Source: Squalus acanthias
Taxonomy: Eukaryota
Direction: 5' to 3'
Assembly: GCA_030390025.1 (NCBI GenBank)
Contig: CM059432.1
Coordinates: 79,858,001-79,922,000, forward strand
Length of the DNA stretch: 64,000 bases
A program made the position numbers and the translations under genes. The notes beneath the pieces are model-generated. The model saw only the letters and a program-made list of their open reading frames with translations, was not told the origin of the DNA and ran no database searches. This document shows, one piece after another, positions 11,635-24,319 of this stretch; the stretch's first letter is position 1, and every line of letters starts with the position of its first letter.

Positions 11635-13033
11635 TAAAAGAGAGTTCAAAAACTTTATTGAGCTATGACCTGATTAGAATATGCCAGATGATAACCAATA
11701 TTGTACAGAAAGTTGTACATATTTTTACATAGAAAACTTTACATGTCTGTACCATATACATTTCAACCTTTGCCAAATATTTACTTTCTACATCCACAGT
11801 GACTAGGAATGCTTGGAACTCCGTTGTATCCATTTTTTTTTTATTAAAGCCCAGTTCACAGCTTCTTAATAATTAGGTTTCAGTATATTTCATCATCCCA
11901 AGCCCCAAAACAGATTCATTATTCAATATATTTAATTTAACATCAAATTTTATACATAGACAGCAGAACCTACATCAAACATGGAGACAGTTTTCTGTCA
12001 GTGCAGATGCACCTCAGATCAACCTGCAGTGATTCAAGTTCCAGTTGACAGGATCAATCCTTTTTTTTTTTATAACAGGCCCTAGTCTGTAATATACAGG
12101 TAGGGGAAAACTCATCTTTATTGACAGGGTAACCATTCCGCTAATTACATTATCGCAATGGCCTTAGTGCCTCTTTCCTCTAATAATTGTCCACACTTAA
12201 CTCCCCAGGTTCCAATACAACTGCATCAGCAACATTAAAGAAAATTAAAAAAAATTCACAAAGCCAAAAGCGAAAACAACCCAGTGCATACAATGAACAA
12301 TAAAATAGCTGTGACTGCAACAAATCAACATAAAATATTGAAATAAAAGAAACCCATTCTGGAAGAACTATATAGTGTTAATATTGTATTTTACAGATTT
12401 GTATCTCTGTACAACAGATTTCACAGAAGGATGGTCATTGTAACTTTAAAGGTCATGAGCTGTGCAAACAAAAAATAGTTACTGGACAATGTTCAACTGA
12501 TCTTTGCTAGTATCTGTAACAAATGCAGATTTAATTATACCTTCTAACCTGCCTGTAAGATGCTACAAGATTATATTTCCCTTACAGCACATATATTACT
12601 CACTGTGTCAATTCTTCTGCCCCAGAAGTTAAAACTACAGTACTCATTTAAATATTTTCTCCACTGTACAATATGCACTGCATCCTGTCCATGTTTGTGT
12701 TTGAGTCAGTGTTCTTCTCCATACTAAACTGCATTTCAAAGTGTGACCAAACCATGAAATGCTGATTCCATGCTCAGCACGTGACAGCACTCAGTCCTTA
12801 CCCTTGGATCCTTCAGATAATTAATTCAATCGAATAGAGCATTTTAAACTAAGATTACAGTTCACTCATCTGCATCTTTTAGGCAGGTTACAAACCAATA
12901 GAGTTAAAGCACCATCCTTTACAAAAAGATCAAGGAGGGATCGAGGCAGGAGGAGAGAGCCAAAGTAGGCAACTGCAGCCTGGTCCTTTTCGGATTTATA
13001 GACAGATTGCCTTAGCCAAGATCTCAGTCATCA
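11635..13033 (-). other. ARFGEF1: ARFGEF1 3'UTR (approximate extent)
   Basis: Repeat-free AT-rich tract after the stop codon; AATAAA on the minus strand at 12117-12122, 11840-11845 and 11654-11659. Confidence 0.7.
11654..11659 (-). terminator. Distal polyadenylation signal AATAAA
   Basis: tttatt on +; preceded on the minus strand by several TGTA motifs (tgtaaaaatatgtacaactttctgtacaat), the CFIm-type upstream element. Confidence 0.65.
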
Positions 13034-13198
13034 TTACTGCTTGGTGGATCCATGCTCTTGTTCTGAAGGATGAGATATTTTAAAGACTATACCAATGCGG
13101 AGATAAAATTTGCGTAGAACAGCTCTCAATTCAGGAATCAGATTAAATTGCATAATTTCACACAAAAGGGGGTAGTACTTTGACGCATGGGCCTTGAA
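13034..13198 (-). CDS. ARFGEF1: ARFGEF1 terminal coding exon to stop
   Basis: ttccag|TTCAAG...; [54 protein letters not shown]; the tail resembles recalled human BIG1 (ISQPPEQELGINKQ) rather than BIG2. Confidence 0.95.
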   Translation of the reverse strand, partial: FKAHASKYYPLLCEIMQFNLIPELRAVLRKFYLRIGIVFKISHPSEQEHGSTKQ

Positions 13199-14350
13199 CT
13201 GGAAAAAAAACAAAGACAAAAGGATAGCTAATTAAAATATTGAAAAAAGCACCCATATCATTGCACAATATTTCTGCCCATATTTTAAACAGGTATAATC
13301 AATGTCCTTAGTGCTCCATCACAGCTGAATCTTCTGCCCTTGTTTTCCTTTTTAAATACAGCTTTCCCCAATGGAACCAAAGTCTGATGTACCAATACCT
13401 TGTGCTGATTCTAACTAACGTCAGCTGACACTAATCTTCTGACCCCCTCCCCCCCCACTACATTGGTTCCCAGTCTTAATGCATTTATATTTTGCACATT
13501 TCACCTGCATGGGTACTGTGAAAAGCATGAAATGTGGGGATTATACAGCCCATTGATTTCACATGACCTTCATAAACTGGCTTTGCAAAAACTCTGAGTC
13601 CAGTTCAGCAGGTAAGCATATACGGGGTGATATGTATGGATCTCAACAAGCTTCAGGTCAATGAGGATTACAAGACTGCTGTCAACAGATACTGGTGTAA
13701 TTCAGAAAAACAGGCATCGAGTATTTACTACTTAACACTCAGCTGTTTTACCTGGATATAAGAATAGTTAGGTATTAAGTAGCAACTTTTGCTATAAATA
13801 GGAACTCTCATGCTAAGCACAGTAAACTGCTTTAAGTTTGCACAATTTTTCTAAATGAAAGCCACCAATTTAGCACTATGTTATACATTACATTAAAAAT
13901 TATAGAGGTTGAGGTGTCTCCAAATCAGGGGCAGACCTGCCAGAGAATCCACATTCTCATGCTGTAGAGATTAGCCTTCAGGTGCTGCAGAGTTCCAGGG
14001 GCCCCTTGGTATAATGTTTGAATTGTTGTCCAAATGCTATAAATATTATTTAAAAATAACTAAGGTTTATTAATTCCCACATTAACCTTGGACGAGGGCT
14101 CAACCATCATCATAGTTATATCATATCCAGGGAATTAAACTTCAGGTTGACAAGTGAGTGAACCAAATTAGTCACTGGTGTTATTTATTCCAAAATGCTA
14201 ACTTAACCTTAGGACAATTAAAAAAAACACAAACACTATTGCTCGGTCATAATATTAGGTATCTTTCCTCATCAATGTCATTGCTATTGATCCACTTATT
14301 TAGTGGTGTGATAGGAATGATGGGCAATTTTCCACCAACTTTTCTTCAGT

Positions 14351-14520
14351 GGATAAACAGACAAGTTAACGTTTAGGGTACAGACCCTTTGTTGAAACAG
14401 TCCCCACCCAAAATGTTTCTACAATGATTTTGACAAAGAGTCTGCACCTAAGTGTGAATTTGTCTGTTCTCTCCACAGATGCTGCCTGACCTGCTGATTC
14501 TCAGTAGCTGCAGTTTTTGA
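14351..14520. mobile_element. Decayed inverted pair of Penelope 3' ends
   Basis: Left cagacaagttaacgtttagggtacagaccctttgttgaaac is inverse to right tttgacaaagagtctgcacc...tttgtctgttctctccacagatgctgcctgacctgctga. Confidence 0.65.
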
Positions 14521-16386
14521 TCCACCTTTCCTATGAAGAAACGCTTAGCCTCTGCTTAGCACGTCTTAAAGCAATTCAACACGTGGGGAATAAGGAGTAC
14601 AAATCTGCTTCCTGATCACGCTGTGGCATTAAAATGTTGTGCCACTAAATGGGCTTCACCTTCAACATTTATAGTGTTCAAGATTCAGCAAGTGATTTGC
14701 ATGACTGAATGTGAAAATGATCATTTCAAATTTAGTCTAGTCAAAGACAAAAGTGCAACATATAGTTTCTTTCATATTTTGAAACCAGTGAAACATCTGT
14801 TCAAACAAACAAATGCCTAGAAACTGGTGGAGTGATCCACCTTTGACTCTTTTCACATTAGTTGAGCTGAAGTAAGTATTTGGGAATGAATAAAACTATT
14901 GATTATTTTGGTTCATTTTCTTCCTCACTGGGGCTATTTGTTGACATGCCAATTACCTTACTGGATAACCAGATTGTAATCTTTGATTTAGAATTCTCAA
15001 AAGCCACCTAATCTTAACAGTTCCTGTATAATTTCAGCAAGTCAAGATCATCAATTTACATTTTACATAATTCTCCGCAGTGAACTGATGTTGGAAACAA
15101 AATTTATTAAACATGTCAATAGCTCACAGACAACTCCATTGCAGAGTAGCATTGAAAAAAATGCTTGTAAACATTTGCTGTGAAATACAGATTAACCATG
15201 CATATTAGCCAGAGCCACTAGTTTTTGGTGACTAAATAATACAAATTCCATTTCATTATGTAGGATTCTTGGATTATTTTCTGGTCCTTTAGTGATTGCG
15301 ATTCCATCTATTTTTTGAGAAAACTGCAAACAACTGGCTTTGGTCAAAGCTTAATGTCAGCGTAGAACATGGAAATCATAATACTTATTTCATGGAGTAA
15401 CAAAGACTTTCTCTGGTGCCTCTCCTCTAGCTCCATGATTTATAATTGTTCCTTTTAACAAAAGGAACAAGTAGATGGGATTGAAGTCTTTAAAATTATT
15501 GGAGATTAAAATAAAAGCTTGTAAATTTTGTAAAAGGAGAAAATCCTATCCCATTTTAAAATAAATTATCTTTCAATTTTTAACTCATGAGGAAGTCTGC
15601 CATGTGTTCTGAAGTCCGTGCTGTTGTGCTGAAATATCAGCCTTTTCCCCATGAAAAATGGTACCACTTCTCTTTTGCGCAAGTACTGAAAGGGGCTTGG
15701 TATCCATTTGGTCAGTTTATACTGTAGAACGACATTATAAACTTTCTGCAGTGATTTTTGGCACATTTTTGAAGTATTAAATCAGCCAGAATTCTCTGAA
15801 ACATTTTATAGCAGAGAGGAAGAGCACAAGCTGGCTTCAATAACATTATCTAAATGGCTTGAAGAGGGATGTTTAATTACATGTTGATTAAAAAAAAACT
15901 AAATGTTACAAGCAAAGTGCCCATAACAGAGCTCCAAATTTATTTAGGATACCTGGCAGTGTTTTCTGAACAAACTACGCCATTTAATATTGTAAATTTA
16001 ATAGTGTTTGAGACTGCACAGTAACAGGATGTGTTATCAAAATTTAGAAGGTCCCAGCTAAATGCATTTTTAAAGAAGTGTTTCACAGCGTTTACTTATG
16101 AAATTACTGCTTGCTATAATTTAGGCCTGTAGATTCTTTCAAAAGGAAACTAATAGCTTAAATTCAGAGCAAGATAGTTATGATGTGTGGTCAGAGTAAA
16201 TAAGAGAATCATAAAATAGATGGGGCTGATTGCAGTGCAAATATATATATACACACACATAAAAAAAGGCATAACTTGCATCTAACAATAATGTCCACCT
16301 TGTGACGAATCACTAAAGACTTAACATAAACAAAAGATTTTATTCTAATGCTTGCAGAAATAGGCTGTTTTAATTCTGATTCTTAC

Positions 16387-16504
16387 CCGTTCATCATTTA
16401 TTTTAAGGACTTTAGTTAAAAAAAGTAGTAGGAGATTGGTCCAGGCCTCCCGGTGACTTTCTGAGGTAAGTGTCAGGAAGTAGCTGAGAGCTTCACTGCA
16501 AACA
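16387..16504 (-). CDS. ARFGEF1: ARFGEF1 penultimate coding exon
   Basis: aaatag|TGTTTGC...GAACGG|gtaag; 118 nt; [39 protein letters not shown]. Confidence 0.96.
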
Positions 16505-16719
16505 CTATTTAAAGAAAATTGCTGGTATCAGTTACAATACACAAAATCAATACACTGTATTAAAAAATATACAACTCAGATGTAAACCCAAAACCCTTTT
16601 GGGGCATGTATTCTAGTTTGAATACCTTTGGTCAAATTAACCACAATTTTAAAAACAAAGGTATTGTTTTCCCCCCCTTCCTCTCTTCAAAGTTACCCCA
16701 TGCCACCTACTTTCAGCAT

Positions 16720-18840
16720 TTAATGTTCCATTTATTAACAGAGTCAATAACACCATGTGAAGACTAGCATTAGAAGGGATAACATCTTAGACATGATTTT
16801 CAGTAATGAGCTACAATTGATAGATGACCTAAAAGGTGGAGGAGTACCTTATTGATTCAGATCACTATCATAAGATTTCAAATATGGGGCTGCAGCAGGT
16901 TCAGGGTTAAAAGTATGCTGGTGCTACAATTTCAGAAGGCTCGATTTCTGGAAATGAAGAGACATCTAGTGGTGGTTAAAAAAGGGAGAGTGTGAACTAA
17001 ATGAGGATTATTGCAACACAGAAAGGAAAAGGGACAACTTCAAAAAAGTTCCCAAAAGGTTTTGAAGCCTTGTGAGAAGGAGGAGTGTGTATGATGAAAG
17101 AAAGCCACTATGGCTTTGTGGGGACTTGTACTCAAGAAAAAGTATTTCAAGGCTTAGAAAAGGAGTAATAGTTCTTCGGGTAGGAAAAAGTATAAAAAGC
17201 TGTTAGCATTAACAAAAAGAAATATTAGGCAAGCTAAAATGAATCAAGAAAGGAGGATAGTTGAACGTGACTAAAATAATTGGAAAGCATTTTTTGCTTA
17301 TGTTAGAAGTCTTAAGTCAAATAGAGAACATCTAGGACCGTTACAGGATGACTCGGGTAGAATTAGATAATGATAAGGGCATGGCAGAAGAGATAAGCAG
17401 AAACAATGGGCTGGATTTTCTCAATGGAGACGTGCTGGAGGCAGGACTTCTGGTTTCCGGGTTTCAGTCCTGCCCCCAGCGACGTCTGACCAACCCGCGC
17501 TATTTTCCCTTGATTGGCCTTGTTAAGCCCGCCCTGCGGGATTAGCCGGCCAATTAAGGGAAAGCTGGTGACAGATGATGTCAGCGTATGATGCTTCATC
17601 TGTCGAACAATCTCTGTTCTAAGGTGAGCCCTTGCACACAGGCTCACCAAGACCTCTCTCCTCAGCATAAAGCAGATGGCTGCTGCATCTGAGAATGCAG
17701 CAGCCACTCTGTCATCTCTGCCGTTGAGATGAGGCACCTCCGGATCCTCAAAAGTTTAAGCCTGTAGAAAGAAGCAAAGGTAAGGAAACTTTTTCCAACA
17801 CTTTACACTCACCTCTCATACTTACCTGTTCACACTTGCACCCATCACTCACCTGTACAGCTGACATTTCGACCCCTCTCACCCCCGCAGACCCACTGTT
17901 CGCCTCGCTGACCCAGGCGAGGTTCGCAGCCGTCAGGAAGCCCGCAATTGCAGGCTTAAAATGGGGAAAAGCCTCAAAACTGCCTGTTAAATACCTGTTA
18001 ACAGGCAGTTAATTGGCTCTTATCCCCTTCCTGCCTCGAGGAGACGGGTCCCTGCGCGACTCGGGGACCCGCCTCCCGGGAAGATGGCACGAAGGCGGGT
18101 TGGGAGCGGGGTCGGTACCTGCTCCCAGTTTCTGCCATTTTCCTGGCAGTCCCGCCTCCCCAGGGCTGGGAAAATTCCCCCCTTTATATCTGTTCTTAAC
18201 TGAGAGGGATGGACCTGCCCACTTGTAGAGTGGGTATAAAATAAAAGGGGTTGCTAAAACATCTCATGAGAAATGGCACAGACTAAATTAAAGGGGCTCA
18301 AGGTGGAAAAAGCACTATGAACAGATTTAATTTATCCTGGGATACTGAAGGAAATGGCTGAAGTTCTTGATGCCACAGTCAGCATTTTAATACTTCACTG
18401 AGTACTGGGAGATCCTGAATTGGAGGAAAGCGCAGGCAATGCCCTTATTTTAAAACAAGTATTAAAATCACAACCTGGCAAATATAGACTGCTGGGTTTA
18501 ACCTCAGTTATGGAGAAATAAATGGAGGGGATCATTAGCAATACTATTAATGATCACCTAGTATGCTCGAGTTTGATGGGGATACTTAACATGGCATCAG
18601 AAAGTAGAGGTCATGCTTGACAAATCTGACCCAGTTTTTTTCTTAAGAAGTTACCAGAACAGTAAATCAGGAAGATCCAGCAGATATCATCTACTTGGAT
18701 CTCCAAAAAACTTTCAATAAAGTGTTACATGAGGGACACTATGCTAAAATTAAGTCCCATAGATCCATTAGGGATATTGTGAGATGGATCCCAAATTGCC
18801 TGAAGAACACTAGGTAAATGGAGGGTTTTGGACTGGAGGA
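16720..18840 (+). mobile_element. Highly decayed CR1 ORF2, interrupted by the element at 17408-18182
   Basis: Residual motifs cctggcaaatatagact (PGNYRP), tcatgcttgacaaatctg (SCLTNL), atctacttggat (IYLD). Confidence 0.6.
17408..18182. mobile_element. Non-autonomous DNA transposon, PIF/Harbinger-like
   Basis: Termini gggctggatttt...aaaattcccccc; GC-rich; minus-strand remnant VAAAFSDA..RREVL recalls the Myb/SANT-like partner protein of Harbingers. Confidence 0.6.
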
Positions 18841-18844
18841 GGCT

Positions 18845-19135
18845 ACAGAGTCGTGAAGGGATTTAAACACGAAGATGAGAATTATAAATTGGAGAAGGAC
18901 CAGGAGCCAATGTAGGTCAGCAAGGACAGCAGTGATGAGTGAATGGGACTTGCTGCGAGATAGGATACGGGCAGCAGAGTTTTGGATGAACTTAAGTTTA
19001 CAAAGCATGGAGGGTGGGAGGCTGGCCAGGAGAGAACTGGAATAGTCGAGTCTGAAGGTGACAAAGGCATGGATGAGAGTCTCAACAGTCGATGGCTTGA
19101 ATAAAGAATTATAATGAGATGGAAAATCATACATT
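18845..19135 (-). mobile_element. L2 LINE fragment
   Basis: ETLIHAFVTFRLDYSSSLLASLP..KL..IQNSAARIL....HS..IT.VL.DLHWL, a typical L2 C-terminal RT region. Confidence 0.85.
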
Positions 19136-19632
19136 GATGTTTTGGGCAAGATGCAATAAGCCTGTGTGGTCACGACCGAAGTGCACCTGCACTGTGAAAG
19201 ATGGAGGTTTGCTCTGGGATGATGAAAACCGTCCTAGCAAAGAAATCATCCAAGGAAACATAAGGTTAAAGTAAAAAAAAGAAACTTGAAAGAACAGAAA
19301 ATTCTGAAAATGTACAGCAGATGATCAACATCTGAAAGAGAATTAATGAAGAGTTACACTAAAAACATTAAAATATCTTTCTCTTTCAGCAGCTGATCAA
19401 CCTAGTTACAATCTGACCAAAAATTGGGTCCAATAGTAATCATCCCCCAAACGAAAACCTCAAATAATGGAAATCTGAAAATTGCAAATGAAGAAGATAT
19501 GTGATCTTAAGGATATTAAAAACAAAACTACTCAGGGTTTGATGATGTTTCCCCCCTTTTAGTTCTCAGTGTTCTTTCATCAGAACCACAAGCTGCTGTG
19601 TTTTCCAACTAGTCACAGGAATTGCTACTTAC

Positions 19633-19771
19633 TTTAGTAATCGTTGCTGAACTTCCACCCAAGCATCACTACGATTTTTATCTGTGTACATACGGAATAA
19701 AATCCGCAGACCACAAGCAACGCTACTGGTCTCTTGTTTCAAAAGATTAGGCTTTGATTTGCCTTTGAAGC
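19633..19771 (-). CDS. ARFGEF1: ARFGEF1 coding exon
   Basis: atgcag|GCTTC...CTAAA|gtaagt; 139 nt; (G)[45 protein letters not shown](N). Confidence 0.96.
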
Positions 19772-20579
19772 CTGCATGGATAGAAAAAGAACACTCGTTA
19801 AAACAAAAATTCTGGATATGCCAATAAAAAATATATTCAGTCTAGAAAAGAATATAAATTATTTTCCATCTACAGTAATATATCAAATAACTTTTGTATT
19901 GTACCAATGGTCAACTTTTATTTTACAAAGGTTAGGTGCATTTACCACATTATAAAAATGATGGAAAGTACAATAAATAGGATTACAATTATAATCCTTA
20001 ATATATTACTTTCCATTCTGAAATAAATCATGATTTACTCATCAAACAATTTCTATAACAATGCTGATCCATACTCGTCAATCATATGTATATCTGTATG
20101 ATTAAACAAACAAAATATATTTTAAACTCTCCTAAGTACACAAGTTGGCAGAAAGAATGCAATGTGGAGAGAACAAGCAGCAAGTACGGGACAGAGACAC
20201 GCACGGACAGAGAAGGAGCAGATGGTGTGAATTTACAGGTAATTTTCGGGCGTTGTGTACTAAGTAAGGAGCCTCATCGATCAGAAGTAGGTACTGGAGA
20301 TTTAGACACATGTACCACATGGTTTTCTGACCATTTAATGATCAGAAAATTTCTGATACGGACTTCCCACCAGGAGCACAAAGTCGGAAAAAAGAGATTT
20401 TTCCCATTTACACCTCTTCTAGACCCATCTTTTGTTTCTTTACTTGCCCCATTACCATCTACTTTTGCCTGATACAATCATACCTTTTCTCATTTAATCT
20501 CTCCTGCCTTCCACCCCAGCATAGACCTTCACTTTTGTTCTTTCCTCTCCTCCCCTCCCCACTTGGTTAAAACATGCCA

Positions 20580-23500
20580 TCATAGAAATTTATGGCACAG
20601 GAGGCCATTCGACCCATTGTGTCTGTGCCGGCCGAAAAAGAGCTATCTAGCCTAATCCCACTTTCCAGCTCTTGGTCCATAGCCTTGTAGATTATGGCAC
20701 TTCAAGTGCATATCCAACTACTTTTTAAATGTGATGAGTGTTTCTGCCTTTACCACTCTTTCAGGCAGTGAGTTCCAGACCTCCACCACCTTCTGGGTGA
20801 AAAAAGTTCTCCTCAACTCCCCTCTAATCCTTCTATCAATTACTTTAAATCTATGCCCCCTGGTTATTGACCTCTGTGCTAGGGGAAATAGGTCCTTCCT
20901 ATCCACTCTATCTAGGCCCCTCATAATTTTATACATCTCAATCAAGTCTCCCCTCAGCTTCCTCTGTTCCAAAGAAAACAAGCCCAGCCTATCCAATCTT
21001 TCCTCATAGCTAAAATTCTCCAGTCCTGGCAACATCCTCGCAATTCACCTCTGTACCCTCTCTAGTGCAATCACATCTTTCCTGTAATGTGGTAACCAGA
21101 ACTGTACACAGTACACTAGCTGTGGCCTAACTAGTGTTTTATACAGTTCAAGCATAACCTCCCTGCTCTTATATTCTATGCCTCGGCTAATAAAGGAAAG
21201 TATCCCGCATACTTTCTTAACCACCTATCTACCTGTCCTGCTACCTTCAGGGATCTGTGGACATCTTCTACCGGCATGTAAACAGTAAGCGGGTAGTAAA
21301 AGGCAGCGTGGGGCCTATTAGAGATAAAGAAGGTGATATATGCTTAGGAGGTGCAGAGCAAGGCTAGAATACTCAATGAGTACTTTGTATCGGTGTTTAC
21401 TAAGGAGATGGATGCTGACACAATATTGGTAGAAGTGGAAAAGGTAGAAGCAATGGAAGGGGTGAAAATTGATACAGGATGTACTAGAAAGGCTGGGTAT
21501 GCTTAGAGTGGACAAGTCGCCTGGTCCAGATGGCTTGCATCCCAGGTTGCCAAGGGAATTGAGGGAGGGGATAGCAGAAGGGCTTGCCATAATTTTCCAA
21601 TCTTCCCTAGATGCAGGGGAGGTGCCTGAGGATTGGAAAGTGGCAAATGTGACACCATTGTTCAAGAAAGGGTGCAAGGACAATCCTAGTAACTACAGGC
21701 AGGTCAGTTTAACATCAGTGGAGGGTAAAGTTTTAGAAACAATAATCAAGGTAAAAATTAACAGGGAATTGGAGAGGTTTAAGCTTATTAAGGAGAACCA
21801 ACACGGGTTTGTAAAAGGCAGATTGTGTTTGACTAATTTAACTGAATTTTTTGATGAAGTAACAGAGAGGATTGATGAAGGGAATGCAATAGATGTTGTC
21901 TACATGGATTTTCGGAAAGCGTTTGACAAAGTACCACATAGAAGGCTGGTTAACAAAATTGAGGCTAATGGAATAGGTGGGTCAGTGGCAGCTTGGATAA
22001 GGAATTGGCTTAAGGACAGAAAACAGCGAGATGTGGTAAATGGCTACTTTTCAGACTGGAGGATGGTAGACAGTGGTGTTTCCAAAGGGTCAGTGCTGGG
22101 GCCACTGCTTTTTTGATATATATAAATGACCTGGATATTGGAATACAGAGTAGAATTTCTAAATTTGCCGATGACACCAAACTTGGGGGTGTGGCAAACA
22201 GTGATGATGATACCAATCCACTGCAACAGGACATAGAAAGGCTAGCAGAATGGGCAGACAAGTGGCAGATGGAATTTAATACAGAAAAGTGTGAGGTGAT
22301 GCATTTTGGCAGAAGGAACAGGGAGATACAATATACACTTAATGGCACAGTTTTAAAGAGTGTGCAGGGACAGAGGGACCTGGGAGTTAATGTGCATGGG
22401 TCCCTGAAGGTGGCAGGACATATTGAGAGAGTGGTCAACAAAGCATATGGGATCTTGGACTTCATAAATAGAGGAATTGAGTACAAAAGTAGAGAAGTTA
22501 TGCTGAACCTTCATAAAGCGCTGGTTAGGCCACAGCTGGAGTTTTGCGTCCAGTTCTGGTCATCACATTTCAGGAAGGATGTGAAGGCCCTTGAGGATGC
22601 AGAGGAGATTTAGCAGAATGGTTCTGGGGATGGGGGATCTTAGCTACAAGGACAGGTTGGAGAAGCTGGATTTGTTTTCATTAGAGCAAAGGCGGTTGAG
22701 GGGTGATTTGATAGAGGTGTACAAGATTATGACGGTTTGGATAGGCTAGACGGGGAAAGGTTGTTCCCACTAGTTGATGGTACAAGGACTAGGGGACACA
22801 GATTTAAGGTTTTGGGCAAGAGATACAAGGGGGAATGTGAGGAAAAACTTTTTTACGCAGCGAGTGGTGATGACCTGGAATTCGCTGCCGACGGAAGTGG
22901 TGGAAGCGGAGACACTCAATGTTTTCAAGGGGAGACTGGATAGGCACTTGAGGGAAATAAACTTGCAGGGCTACGGGGATAGAGAGGGGGAATGGGACTT
23001 ACTAGATTGCTCTACAGAGGGCTGGCACAGACTCGATGGGCCGAATGGCCTCCTTCTGTGCCGTTATGACTCTATGACTATGACATGCACTCCAAGGTCC
23101 CTCTGTTCCTCTACATTTCTGATTATCCTACCATTTATTGTGTATTCCCTTGCCTTGTTCGCCCTCCCCAAACGCATTACCTCATACTTCTTCGGATTGA
23201 ATTCCATTTGCCACTTTTCTGCCCACCTGACCAGTCCTTTGATATCTTCCTGCAGTCTACAGCTTTCTTCCTCACTATCAATCACATGGCCAATTTTTGT
23301 ATCATCTGCAAACTTCTTAATCATGCCCCCTACATTGAAGTCTAAATCATTGATGTATACCATAAAAAGCAAGGGACCTAGTACTGAGCCCTGCGGAACC
23401 CCAATGGAAACAGCTTTCCAGTCACAAAAACATCTGTCGACCATTACCCTTTGCTTCCTGCCACTGAACCAATTTTGGATCCAACTTGCCACTTTCTCTT

Positions 23501-23703
23501 GGATCCCATGGGCTTTTACTTTTCTGACCAGTCTGACATGAGGCACCTTGTCAAAAGCCTTGCTAAAATCCATGTAGACCACATCAAACGCACTACCCTC
23601 ATCAACCCTCCTTGTTACCTCCTCAAAAAATTCAATTAAGTTAGTCAGACACGATCTTCCCTTAACAAATCCATGCTGACTGTCCTTGATTAATCCATGC
23701 CTT
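20580..23703 (-). mobile_element. CR1 LINE 3' half (20580-21264 and 23082-23703)
   Basis: VYMDFSKAFDKVPH, GVPQGSVLGP, KFADDTK (23064-23582) and YEERLDRLGLFSLE...FFTQKVV..WNSLP (20718-21035). Confidence 0.9.
21265..23081 (+). mobile_element. CR1 LINE, 5'-truncated, nested in the minus-strand CR1
   Basis: KSPGPDG, NYR.VSLTS, DFRKAFDKV, YINDL, KFADD; tail atgactctatgactat; short duplication gacat at 21260-21264 and 23082-23086. Confidence 0.9.
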
Positions 23704-23732
23704 TATCTCTATTTGTGTTATATCTCTTTTTC

Positions 23733-23772
23733 CAGTTCTGACGAAAGGTCATCGACCTGAAACGTTAACTCT
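23733..23772 (+). ncRNA. Minimal hammerhead-ribozyme-like motif (Penelope family 2, intact core)
   Basis: cagtt CTGACGA a AGGTC-atc-GACCT GAAA cgtt aact: core boxes, 5-bp stem II, palindromic AACGTT, stem I agtt/aact. Confidence 0.72.
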
Positions 23773-24319
23773 GTTTCTCTCTCCACAGATGCTGCCTGAC
23801 CTGCTGAGTATTTCCAGCATTTTCTGTTTTTTGTTCAGATTTCCAGCATCCGCAGTATTTTGCTTTTGGAAAATACACCTTTGTTGTCACTCCAGGGTAT
23901 CTACCACTGTTTCAATGATGCACTGCAGCATTCAAGAGATAGTTTTATTCAGGTTTTTGCTGGCAGTGCTCATCATACAGATGCCAATTTTCAGTATACT
24001 CAACATTTCTGCCGTGTGATACTGCAGCATAATTATTGCAAGGTTACCGTCTTCAGATTACTACAAGATATGGTGTATCCACATTTGGCACGCAGTGGCA
24101 GCATAAAGCATTCCTAGGATAGGTAATAACATAAGCAGATTAATATGTAGTTTCCTTTACATTGCCTCAACAATAGGTCTTAACCCAAACCTTAAGAGTA
24201 TGCCCTATGCACCAGTGTGAATCTTCACAGAACTGCCGTTCTTGCAGTCTCTCTTGAATGACTGTCTATTTCTAAACAGTTGTGTGTGGGAACTCATAAC
24301 AAAAGGAACTGAATTGAGG

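Larger units (their letters stand above)
20400..23870 (+). mobile_element. Penelope 3' region (family 2) split into 20400-20575 and ~23715-23870 by nested CR1s
   Basis: The two halves join to match the contiguous copy at 30118-30448. Confidence 0.8.

Noticed and set aside
22774..23541. 255-aa ORF as an independent gene
   Set aside because: Chimeric frame running from the end of one CR1 through its tail into the antisense strand of the host CR1.
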